In this document: positions 44,535 through 52,994 of the stretch, piece after piece | Layout: every line of letters begins with the position of its first letter | How positions within the stretch are numbered: the first letter of the stretch is position 1 | NCBI GenBank assembly: GCA_013215275.1 | Contig: JABSRF010000004.1 | Coordinates: 1-52,994, forward strand | Reading direction: 5' to 3' | Length of the DNA: 52,994 nucleotides | Origin: Oligoflexales bacterium | GTDB lineage: Bacteria; Bdellovibrionota_B; Oligoflexia; Oligoflexales; Bog-1112 | Translations under genes and position numbers: made by a program | The notes under the pieces: model-generated | The model's database searches: none | What the model was told of the DNA's origin: nothing | The model's input: only the letters and a program-made list of their open reading frames with translations

Positions 44535-45357
44535 AATGAGACACATTATAATAATAATTTCATTGTTGTTTTCTTCTGCCTCTTTTGCAGATTATCCGCT
44601 AAGTTTTAACAAAGCAGCCCCTCTACTACCTAAGCCTCATGGGAATGGTTATGCAAGTCATAGTTTTGATGATTCAACTAGTATATATGAAATTTCATCA
44701 ACTCATGCTGGCCCACAAGGAAGAATCTTAGATCTAGCATATCGAAACACAAGATTAAATAACGAAGGCCTAGACAAATTTGGTTTAACTCTTGGAGGAG
44801 TTATTCCTAATTCAAACGACGATTTGATAGCTTTTAAATCAATTATAGGTTTTGTTCATAGTAGAGGCTACTACGATCATACAGGGGAAATATTGGCAAC
44901 CTGGGTTAAAAATATAGGATCATATGACATTATTATACTAGGTGGCGGTTACAAATTCGTCTCAACTAAATTCAGTGATGCCTACCCTCTTATCGGTTAT
45001 AGAAGATATGTCAAAGGTAGATATAGTTTTGAAGCCATCCTTCCATCTCATGTTAAAGCAAGTCACGATCTCAATGACACCTTAGAAATTGGAGTTTTTT
45101 CTAATTTAGGTAGTGAACTAGTCTGTGTTGGTGAAAAAGAGATCTCGGACGGTGAATTACCCGATTCGGTTCTGGGCAAGTACCAAACTGTCAGAGTTGG
45201 TATTGAGTCAACTATTAAAGTTGCTGAAAACATAGAGTTTACTGCTAAATTTGGTCAATCCCTAGCTAGAAAGATAACTAAGGACGACAATAAGGTATCA
45301 AAGCTGGATGGTAATCAGAATTTCGCAGAAGTGGCTTTGAACGTATCTAAGTTTTAA
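44521..45357 (+). CDS. outer-membrane beta-barrel protein (DUF6268-like)
   Basis: Signal MRHIII...SFA (likely start 44536); GGGY, YPLIGY, EAILPS strands; terminal Phe. Confidence 0.7.
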   Translation: MKEFEMRHIIIIISLLFSSASFADYPLSFNKAAPLLPKPHGNGYASHSFDDSTSIYEISSTHAGPQGRILDLAYRNTRLNNEGLDKFGLTLGGVIPNSNDDLIAFKSIIGFVHSRGYYDHTGEILATWVKNIGSYDIIILGGGYKFVSTKFSDAYPLIGYRRYVKGRYSFEAILPSHVKASHDLNDTLEIGVFSNLGSELVCVGEKEISDGELPDSVLGKYQTVRVGIESTIKVAENIEFTAKFGQSLARKITKDDNKVSKLDGNQNFAEVALNVSKF

Positions 45358-45412
45358 GCTTCAGATAAACTCAAAGCCCCTTTCTTCCATTGGAGAAGTA
45401 AGTAAAAATTCA

Positions 45413-45970
45413 CTAAACCACATCAATCCCAAACAAAGTGGTAACTCGATCCTTTAGGCAGCCACAGGTTCTATCTCCAATAGATTCGAATAGAGCCTTG
45501 CAAATTATGCACTTGCGAATCTTAACTTCTATCGAATTTAGACCTGCTGCAGCCCTTGCTTCTTGAGTTTCACGAAGGGCAGCCTTATCTGGTTTGGATA
45601 GCTTTTTTATTGGCTGATGTTTTCCCTCTACATGGCTATACTCAGGCATATGAGAGCAAACATACTCCAAGATTCTTCTGCTAATAGCAGTCGCATATGC
45701 GTTTGATTCGTGTGTCTTAAATTCCTTCAAATTTGAGTATTTTTCGGCTGTTTCCTTGAGCTTTTCATCTGTCCATATTCGTTGTTTTGGCCTCACCATA
45801 TGAGAACAAACACTATCTAGAATATTAAGACGACTCGCATATTTATACGCCCCACTTGCCTTATTTTTGAACTCACCTATAGTTGAATACTTCAATGCTT
45901 CGATAGAAACAGCTTCTTTTGTCCATAGAAATTTCTGTTTATGTTGTTTGTTAGTTTCCATTTGCATCAC
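45413..45970 (-). CDS. tandem WT.E-repeat putative DNA-binding protein with C-terminal zinc ribbon (paralog 1)
   Basis: Two WT.E....A.KY...EF....AY..A....L..VCSHM repeats plus KIRKCIIC...TCGC. Confidence 0.75.
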   Translation of the reverse strand: MMQMETNKQHKQKFLWTKEAVSIEALKYSTIGEFKNKASGAYKYASRLNILDSVCSHMVRPKQRIWTDEKLKETAEKYSNLKEFKTHESNAYATAISRRILEYVCSHMPEYSHVEGKHQPIKKLSKPDKAALRETQEARAAAGLNSIEVKIRKCIICKALFESIGDRTCGCLKDRVTTLFGIDVV

Positions 45971-46045
45971 CGAGTCTTATAGGTTTCTAAATTACATTAA
46001 CTCTATAAACAGGTATATTAATCTGATTTTCAGTGATTTTTATGA

Positions 46046-46408
46046 TTAAATATGCTTCTTGACCACTTTCAAAAAATTTTCACTCGTAAACGGTTTCAAG
46101 ATAATCTCTAAAACATTAGTTCCATCTATTGCATCCCGCTTATCAGGGGGAACACCAGTGATTAAAATTAGCTTTGGAGTAATATTTTTTTCATTGAGAA
46201 TATTGAGGAACTTATACCCATCGATATAAGGCATTACAAGATCTAATATTACAAGGTCTGGCTTGTGAAGAAGAAGCAAAGACATTCCATCTTTTCCGTT
46301 ATCCGCAGACATTACGTCATATTCATTTTCCAATAATCCATTCAAAAAATTTAGCATTAATTTGTCGTCATCTATAACTAAAACTGATTTTTTCATACCG
46401 ACTCGCAA
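46046..46408 (-). CDS. stand-alone response regulator receiver (CheY-like)
   Basis: VLVIDDD, PDLVILDLVMP..DG, ITG, KPF. Confidence 0.92.
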   Translation of the reverse strand: MRVGMKKSVLVIDDDKLMLNFLNGLLENEYDVMSADNGKDGMSLLLLHKPDLVILDLVMPYIDGYKFLNILNEKNITPKLILITGVPPDKRDAIDGTNVLEIILKPFTSENFLKVVKKHI

Positions 46409-46568
46409 AAGTTTGAAAGGAGTTGCTAGTCTTCATTATAGAACTTGTTGATTTTTAAGACCAGAGCGATCCAAGAGGCAATTGCGATCAAATCAAACTT
46501 CGGCGGAATTTCCAGTCACACTGATAAAGCAGCCAAACGTTATGAATCGCCGGACTTTGCATCAAAAC

Positions 46569-47135
46569 TCAGATCACATCGAACCCAGTAAGCCTTGCCG
46601 TCGCAACTGATCCGCGAAAACAACCACATGACCTATCGCCAGTTGATTCAAACTCAATTTTGCAGTGCATACATTTTCTTATTTTAATTTCGATAGGCTT
46701 AGCCCCGATATTAATCCTGCTTCTATTAACAGCCTCTAACTCAGTACGAGACAATTTTGATAGCTTCTTAAATGGCTTCTTTCTTGGGTTTTGAAAGGTA
46801 TCCATATGCGAGCAAACTAACTCCAGCATCCCCTTTCTTTTTGCTGCATTATAGGCGTTAGAATCATTTTTTAAGAATTCTTGAGGGGTGCTAAATTGCT
46901 GTGCTACTTCTCTTAACGTATTTTCGTTCCACCTTCGATCTGGTAAAGGTGTTTTATCCATATGCGAGCATATTTTCTCCAGCATTTTATGCTTAGATGC
47001 ATAAGAATAAGCTCCAGAAGAGGATTCTCTAAAATGCCTTTTATGCTGATATTTTTGTGCTTCTTGTGTAACGGTATCTTCAGTCCATGATATTCTTTTT
47101 CTAGGGTGAGTATCCTTTTGCATATTTAAAACCAC
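46569..47135 (-). CDS. tandem WT.E-repeat putative DNA-binding protein with C-terminal zinc ribbon (paralog 2)
   Basis: Same architecture as 45413..45970: two repeats ending CSHM, then KIRKCMHC...SCGC, G.DV end. Confidence 0.75.
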   Translation of the reverse strand: MVLNMQKDTHPRKRISWTEDTVTQEAQKYQHKRHFRESSSGAYSYASKHKMLEKICSHMDKTPLPDRRWNENTLREVAQQFSTPQEFLKNDSNAYNAAKRKGMLELVCSHMDTFQNPRKKPFKKLSKLSRTELEAVNRSRINIGAKPIEIKIRKCMHCKIEFESTGDRSCGCFRGSVATARLTGFDVI

Positions 47136-47218
47136 ATTATTCTATTCGCAATTAATCCCATTAGTTCTGTAATTAGCAATAAATCAAGGCTCACTCAAGA
47201 GCCCAAAAAATGTATCGG

Positions 47219-48577
47219 TTAATCTGGAAAAGCATGTTTCCTTGGGGTTGTATTCCAGAAAGACAAAGCCCCCACCCCTCTTTTCATAGTCTCTTTTGCA
47301 AGCAACATGACAAGAGCTACGGCACTGAGCCTATAGAGAGCTTTTAAAACAAGGTGCATCCAATTTGTCTGGTATCTTTCCCCGAGCTCCGATTCAACCG
47401 CTGCTAACTTTGCACCTGCCTCATCCAAACTTTTCTTGGCTGGATCAAGGTGCTTAATCTTGTACCAGTTGTTGTGATAAACGTCAGAATTTTTATCTTC
47501 GTAACGAGCCTTCCTTTGCTCGTAATCGACCTTGGCAATATCGTAGGCTTCCGAAGCTGAGAAATGGATAGGATTTGCTCTCAGAGCCTCAGAAGCTAAA
47601 TCCCGCTGATTTGCTTGTGAGCCTGCCCATACGATAAGCACCTCGTAAGCAATTATTAACGCCGCGAATAATTTAGCCGAGCTCGACTTTGAAATCACGC
47701 TTAACGCCGAAAAGCCGATTGCCAGGCCGATTGCGCCGTAAGATGCTAACTCAGGGTTTGGGAACTTAAGTGATTGGTAGAGTGGTAGTGTTTGCTCCAC
47801 AACAAAGCAGCAAGCCAAGTATGCACAGTAGCCCAGGGCAAGGGCTGCTGGGAAGTTAGTTATAAATGCACCACCGTCTAACTGGGAGAGCTTTTGAAAA
47901 ATTCCTGTTAAAAAATCAGACTTACCTACAGTTACATTATCATCAACAGCGTCATTACTGCAAACCTTGGCTTGATTTCCTGCCGTATCCTTTGCTAGAT
48001 TATCGCCGTTAGCATTCGCGATCTCGCTAACGCTAGCCTGCTGCTCCAAGATCTTGGGTGCTGGAGCGGTGGGCTTAATACTTTCCCTTAAATCAACAAG
48101 ACAATCTCTTATCTCTAAAAGCAATTCGGCTTGATTTTGAATATTGTGGTTTTCGTTTACCTGATTGATACTTTCTTTGGAAGTATCCACAGACATTGGT
48201 TGCTCCAGGCAGTGGCTTTGGCTACTGCCGTTTGACTCATCACTTGCCACAGCGCCTGGGTTTGGTAAGCTTGGACTGTCGGATCTACTTAGCGTTTTTT
48301 CGATGGTCTGCTGCTCAGCTTTCGACGGTAGGGCAGCAGATTCGAACATAGAACTAACATTCCCAAACTGACTTTCTTTCTTCAATTGTCTTCTCCTCTT
48401 CTTTTGAGAATTGATACGATCCTTGTTTTGAGGATTGCTGCGATATGCACGATGATACTTCGCTTTTTTGGTTTGAGATTGCCCAGATAAATCAGGGGCA
48501 AATAGTCCACTCGCTTCCTCATCCCCATTGAATAGTCCTCCTTGTGCCATTGTCATTCGACTCCAGCCTCCAAACAT
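47219..48577 (-). CDS. membrane protein with basic/disordered N-terminus and C-terminal TM helices plus coiled coil
   Basis: Composition of the translation; coupled to the rep gene. Confidence 0.7.
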   Translation of the reverse strand: MFGGWSRMTMAQGGLFNGDEEASGLFAPDLSGQSQTKKAKYHRAYRSNPQNKDRINSQKKRRRQLKKESQFGNVSSMFESAALPSKAEQQTIEKTLSRSDSPSLPNPGAVASDESNGSSQSHCLEQPMSVDTSKESINQVNENHNIQNQAELLLEIRDCLVDLRESIKPTAPAPKILEQQASVSEIANANGDNLAKDTAGNQAKVCSNDAVDDNVTVGKSDFLTGIFQKLSQLDGGAFITNFPAALALGYCAYLACCFVVEQTLPLYQSLKFPNPELASYGAIGLAIGFSALSVISKSSSAKLFAALIIAYEVLIVWAGSQANQRDLASEALRANPIHFSASEAYDIAKVDYEQRKARYEDKNSDVYHNNWYKIKHLDPAKKSLDEAGAKLAAVESELGERYQTNWMHLVLKALYRLSAVALVMLLAKETMKRGVGALSFWNTTPRKHAFPD

Positions 48578-50868
48578 GAAGTGAAAAATCTGTATGAATA
48601 ATTGCGCCTTCTAGCACAATACTTTGCGACTGCTTCTAGCTGCTCCCAAGGCCATGAATCCATCAGCCTCAAGAAACCAAATATGGATTTGGTATTGATT
48701 ATCCCTTGGCCCTTCTCGATTTGTGCCAATATCAACTGGTCAAATGCAGGTCCAACCTTTTGCGCCTTACGCCTGTAGGTAGAATTTAAGGACTTTGCTT
48801 TGTGCCACTGAGAGTTTGTGCCACCTTCAGTTTTTGTGCCTCTGCCCTTGAGTAGCTTGTACCCTCGGATGAATTGTGCCTTCTCGAAAAATTCTATGTT
48901 TGTGCCATCATCAACCACCTGGAGTTTGCGCCCAATCCATGAGTCTCCGAGCCAATAGAAGTTGTCCTGATAGTTTACGTAACCATCACAGCGGACTTTC
49001 TTCTCTACCATGTCTGGGAATTTAAATGAGCTGAGATTCTCATGTGTTGTCTGGACTTTACCTGAGCAATTACTGTGAGCACACTCAACTTCCGATCCAG
49101 TCATTAATTCCTGGTCAAAGGAATCATTTTGTACATTAGGGGAGGCTTTTTCTCTCCCCAATTCCCTCACTAAACCTAGCATCCAGTTTATATTTTTAAG
49201 GTTCTCTTCAACTAATCTTGATAAATTAGGATTGTCAGCAAGTGACATATGCTTTTGGAGATCCAGGGCACGGTCCCTGAACTCCTTAATTACACGCTTG
49301 TCATCTTTGCTACGCTCCTCAAACTCAAGCTCGAAACCATGATACTTAGCAAACTTATCCACCACAGGATTACCCTGGAGCATTGACCGGCCCTTAACAA
49401 TCAACTTGCTTGGCTTTTCATCAAGAACCTTCAAAACCTCCTGTATTGCTGCAAGCTGCAGTTTGTACCCAGTGCCTTTTACAGACTGACTTGCGATAAT
49501 CTGAGTAGATGCATTTCCTGTCTCCAAAACTAACAGGCTCTTCTCATTACCCCTGCGCGTAAATGCCAGGGAGTAGTGGGGCTTTCGAGACCCCCCCAGG
49601 GGGCCTTCTGTAATATTTTTCGCTTCGCTATTTTCCCTTAAAGCCAATGGAATTTCTTGGCCAGCTCTGATTCCAAAAAGCTGTGGCTGGTTCCTATATA
49701 TAGAGGCAACAATTTTTGCTATAGACCTGCAGCTTCTTGAATCTTCATGGCCAGGGATCAGCCTAGAGTGAGCGTTTAGGCCTATCATAGTCTGGTGCTT
49801 CGAGTAGCCATGCCACTTGTAATAAATCGCGGCACTGGATAGCCAGGCATTGCGCTCTCCATCAAGCACTTCTTCTGGAAGCTTTAGATCCTTGAGGAAG
49901 GTCGATGCATACTCGGGATTCTCGATTAGCTTTAGGGCTCGCTCGATATCCCCATACTCTGGATTGATCCATAGCTCATAGCCCTCAGTACGTCCGAGGT
50001 AATTGACATTGAGCCATTTAGGTCGTGACTGGGGGCGCTTTACTAGAATATTGCGAAGGGTATCTTTAGATATTTCTGTCAGCTTAACCAGCTCACCCAT
50101 GGTGTAGCACTTAGTCTGGCCGAGGTTTTCGAACAGCTCCACGTACAAATGAGCCAAGCGAGCTTCGGTGGTCTTGTGTGGGTGAAGAATCTCATCCTGA
50201 TCTCTTTTAGCTGGTGGTCTGCATTCTTTTAGCTTGTTCGTAATAGCTAGGATCTCAGTGATTACATTGCGGCCTTCTCTTTTGATGAATGCATGAACAT
50301 CTTTGTCATAATAAAGCTGCCGCGCTTTGCTAAACTGCGAAACCTCATGGCGTCTAAAGTTGGGTAAGTCTCTAACAATACCGAGGGCTGACATATCAGC
50401 GCCTAGCCCATGGTGTTTCAACAATCTGACTAATGCTTCCTGTGCTTGTTGGGCAAGAAAAATGGTCTTGTGTGAACCATCAGTGAAGTCGCGCACGATG
50501 GGACTGATCGCAATTCCAAGGTGAATTCCTTTGCCACCTGTGCTACGAACGACGAACTGCGTATATATGAAGATCTCTGGATACTTCTTTTGGAGAAAGG
50601 TTAAGACCTTCTCCCAGTTTATTTCACCCTTCCTATCGAGCCATTTAAACTTGGTGTCTTTAACATCGATGTCTAAAGGAATACAGAACGGGACTCTAGT
50701 GCCATCAGGGTTCAACCAAGCCGAGCTAATATAGTCTGACTTAAAATGACGCCAGCCAGTGTATTCGCGGCTTATTATTTTAGATCCGTCTTCCTCTAAC
50801 CGTAGGATCTTTTTAAAGGCATGGTAGCCGCCGGTGTAGCCTTCTTTTGCAAGCGCTGCTAATTGCAT
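48553..50868 (-). CDS. putative plasmid replication protein: AEP primase-like + PriCT + degenerate IS21 transposase-like C-terminus
   Basis: LDID and RSTGGKGIH AEP motifs; GERNAWL PriCT-like motif; C-terminal KV..DGYV....N.Y.....IG..L...A.KVGP...L.L...LE.......SY pattern of IstA; sits downstream of parAB. Confidence 0.68.
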   Translation of the reverse strand: MQLAALAKEGYTGGYHAFKKILRLEEDGSKIISREYTGWRHFKSDYISSAWLNPDGTRVPFCIPLDIDVKDTKFKWLDRKGEINWEKVLTFLQKKYPEIFIYTQFVVRSTGGKGIHLGIAISPIVRDFTDGSHKTIFLAQQAQEALVRLLKHHGLGADMSALGIVRDLPNFRRHEVSQFSKARQLYYDKDVHAFIKREGRNVITEILAITNKLKECRPPAKRDQDEILHPHKTTEARLAHLYVELFENLGQTKCYTMGELVKLTEISKDTLRNILVKRPQSRPKWLNVNYLGRTEGYELWINPEYGDIERALKLIENPEYASTFLKDLKLPEEVLDGERNAWLSSAAIYYKWHGYSKHQTMIGLNAHSRLIPGHEDSRSCRSIAKIVASIYRNQPQLFGIRAGQEIPLALRENSEAKNITEGPLGGSRKPHYSLAFTRRGNEKSLLVLETGNASTQIIASQSVKGTGYKLQLAAIQEVLKVLDEKPSKLIVKGRSMLQGNPVVDKFAKYHGFELEFEERSKDDKRVIKEFRDRALDLQKHMSLADNPNLSRLVEENLKNINWMLGLVRELGREKASPNVQNDSFDQELMTGSEVECAHSNCSGKVQTTHENLSSFKFPDMVEKKVRCDGYVNYQDNFYWLGDSWIGRKLQVVDDGTNIEFFEKAQFIRGYKLLKGRGTKTEGGTNSQWHKAKSLNSTYRRKAQKVGPAFDQLILAQIEKGQGIINTKSIFGFLRLMDSWPWEQLEAVAKYCARRRNYSYRFFTSCLEAGVE

Positions 50869-50999
50869 GGGCAGTCACCATGATTTAAAACTGATTTCCT
50901 CATATAAAAGTAGATTTTGGGCATAATGATTCCTTTCGAAATTATTTTTCGAAACAAAAAATGAAATTATAGACTTGTTTTAATAGGACAGATAAAAAG

Positions 51000-51893
51000 T
51001 CAGGTCTTTGTATCTGATGATTCAAATTTCACTAATTTAAGCTCGCTCAAAACGCTTGATATAAAGGAAATTTGGTCTTCATTAAACTTCTTGTTATTGC
51101 AATATTCATAAAACTTTTCAGTCCTTAAGGGGAATTTATTTTTCCGAACATCTTTTTTTTCTGTCGGGCTGCCCGACACATTAACTAGAGCCAATAATGC
51201 TTCAATAACTTCGGAGTCAGTCATTTTCTTTTTTGCTATATGACCAAGCTTTCGAATGTTTATATCATGCTCCTTAATTAATTGTTTTGCATCATTTGGC
51301 CATTTTGCAATTTTCAAAAGCTCGACGACATACCCTCGATGCTTATTCAATATTCGCGCAACACCTGTTGTCGTTTCATTCAACCTTTCCTTTAGGTTGA
51401 GAACTGACTCAGCAAGTTCTAGTGGCTTTAAGTTTTGCCTTACCAAATTTTCAGCTAAACGAGCCAAATGAATATCTTGCTCGTTTTCTGAATATATCAG
51501 CTCAGCAGGACAGGTTTCATAACCTAGTTCTTTTAGAGCCATTATTCTTCTGTGACCAGCTACACATAAAAAAGGTTTTGAAGTGGATAGACCCAACGTT
51601 AAAACAGGGCGCTGTAAAAGCCCCTGTTCCTTTATCGATTCTCTCAAACCAACAAAATCTGCCGTAGAAGTATCAATCTCTCGACTGTTTTGAGATAAAT
51701 CAATCTCGTCAATTCTTACACTAGGTAGAGAACCTTTCCCTTTTTGCTGAACCTTTTTAAAAACTTCTTTTACAGAAAGATACCATTCAGCTTGCGCATC
51801 CACTTTTTTATGATCTTTAAACTCTTTTTCTACCCCTTTTACAGTTGATGCAATTTTACTAGCTAATTTAGACTTTGCTTTGCTTTTTTTCAT
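51000..51893 (-). CDS. parB: ParB/Spo0J partition protein
   Basis: L.ESI.EQGLLQ, VAGHRR..A, AENL.RQNL.PLE.A, then HTH. Confidence 0.93.
   Translation of the reverse strand: MKKSKAKSKLASKIASTVKGVEKEFKDHKKVDAQAEWYLSVKEVFKKVQQKGKGSLPSVRIDEIDLSQNSREIDTSTADFVGLRESIKEQGLLQRPVLTLGLSTSKPFLCVAGHRRIMALKELGYETCPAELIYSENEQDIHLARLAENLVRQNLKPLELAESVLNLKERLNETTTGVARILNKHRGYVVELLKIAKWPNDAKQLIKEHDINIRKLGHIAKKKMTDSEVIEALLALVNVSGSPTEKKDVRKNKFPLRTEKFYEYCNNKKFNEDQISFISSVLSELKLVKFESSDTKT
51161..51178. promoter_or_regulatory. second copy of the parS-like palindrome, inside parB
   Basis: CTGTCGGGCTGCCCGACA, identical to 93-110. Confidence 0.6.
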
Positions 51894-52861
51894 AACCCAT
51901 GCATCTCCTCTTCAAGAACTAATGAGGGAACAGGCATTTTTTCTAAAGATGGTGTATCTCCGAGTTCTTTCCTAAATCTTTTCAAGGTATCCTTGTCCAA
52001 AGCTGGAGTATTTGGAGATCTTCCTCTTCTATTCAACTTAAGCTCTGGAAGAATAAGTTTGGCAAGCCTTGTATATGCTTCACTTATAGGGAGCTTCGAT
52101 TGCCCGTGTACAATTGGATTTTCCATCGCACAAGATGTTGGTACTGCCTTAGAAAAGGGTACGGTTCCTAATAAAGGCATACCGACCTGCTTTCCTAACT
52201 TTTCAATTGCTTCCAAAAACATTCTATGGACTGTTATTGACTTATCGTACTTGGTCACGAAGCAACCTAAAACATGGAGCGTTGGGTTTAGCTTGTCTTT
52301 TATCATTTTCACATTTTTGAACATAACGCGAAGTGCATCAAGACTATCCGCTTCAGCAAAGAGTGGAAGAACATAGTAGTCTGCAGCAACCATTACATTT
52401 GTAAAAGTTAAATCTAAGGAAGGGTGGGTATCGATCACGATAATATCAAACTCTTCCCTTGCCTTTATCAACCAGTCTCTCATAATCCCATGAGAACCGG
52501 GCTGAGCTAGAAAAGAGTTATTAAATTCACTAAAATCTTGATCAGCTCCAACAGCGTAAACATTGTCGAACTTGGTTTTCAACCAGATCGACTCTGCTGC
52601 TTTCTGCTCGAAAAACGCTACGGAGATTGTTTTCTCAAGATCTATAGCCTGTTGCTTTATTCCAATCTGAGCGCTTGAATTCCCTTGATAGTCAGCATCA
52701 ACAAGCAGGACTTTCAAACCAAGATTAGCAAACGCACAACAAAGATTTGTACTAGAAACAGATTTTCCAACACCACCCTTTTGATTAGCCAAGGCAAGAG
52801 TAACGCCTTTAATTTTTTTAGATCTCTTCATAATTCGATTCCTTAACGGCTTGGCATGCAA
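51890..52861 (-). CDS. parA: ParA/Soj partition ATPase
   Basis: ANQKGGVGKS, LLVDADYQGN, IVIDTHP motifs; likely start MKRSKK at 52831. Confidence 0.96.
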   Translation of the reverse strand: MHAKPLRNRIMKRSKKIKGVTLALANQKGGVGKSVSSTNLCCAFANLGLKVLLVDADYQGNSSAQIGIKQQAIDLEKTISVAFFEQKAAESIWLKTKFDNVYAVGADQDFSEFNNSFLAQPGSHGIMRDWLIKAREEFDIIVIDTHPSLDLTFTNVMVAADYYVLPLFAEADSLDALRVMFKNVKMIKDKLNPTLHVLGCFVTKYDKSITVHRMFLEAIEKLGKQVGMPLLGTVPFSKAVPTSCAMENPIVHGQSKLPISEAYTRLAKLILPELKLNRRGRSPNTPALDKDTLKRFRKELGDTPSLEKMPVPSLVLEEEMHGL

Positions 52862-52994
52862 GCATCAATTAACTATTATCGTATTACTTAAATCATATTT
52901 GGTAAAGTCGATTATATAATTAATCCTTGATAAACAAAGTCAGCTAAAACCCTCAAAATAAATTTCAACCATCTAACTTACTATAATTACCTAA

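Noticed and set aside
48553-49560. Active IS21 element
   Set aside because: No istB, no intact DDE motif or flanking terminal repeats seen, and the segment is in frame with the upstream Rep domains.

Overview
The window looks like a complete or near-complete ~53 kb temperate phage-plasmid. Its first and last 8 nt are identical (TTACCTAA), and a parS-like palindrome at position 90 recurs inside parB. It carries a plasmid maintenance module (parA, parB, a primase-like Rep whose C-terminus resembles a degenerate IS21 transposase, a small tyrosine recombinase, HU, mazEF). It also carries a lytic replication and recombination module (SF2 helicase, TOPRIM primase-helicase with an iteron origin, RecE-like nuclease, ERF-like protein, RuvC-like resolvase). 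The virion combines a lambda-type cos/terminase/portal/head module, whose terminase holds a class 3 LAGLIDADG intein, with a Mu-type contractile tail whose chaperone has a P2-style -1 frameshift. The most striking region is a tightly coupled operon at 40.0-45.4 kb. It starts with the repressor-position HTH gene and continues with a receiver, a 7TM-DISM histidine kinase, a HAD phosphatase, a protein carrying the motifs of the class II terpene cyclase domain of HAD-like drimane synthases, and an outer-membrane barrel. I read this as a candidate phage-encoded terpenoid signal synthesis and sensing system; that is an untested inference. Other oddities are a 1.8 kb three-gene cassette between long inverted repeats, twin repeat modules with the same geometry but different sequence beside the recombinase, and a regulatory motif repeated before three late gene blocks. 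All calls come from motif recognition by eye; no searches were run.
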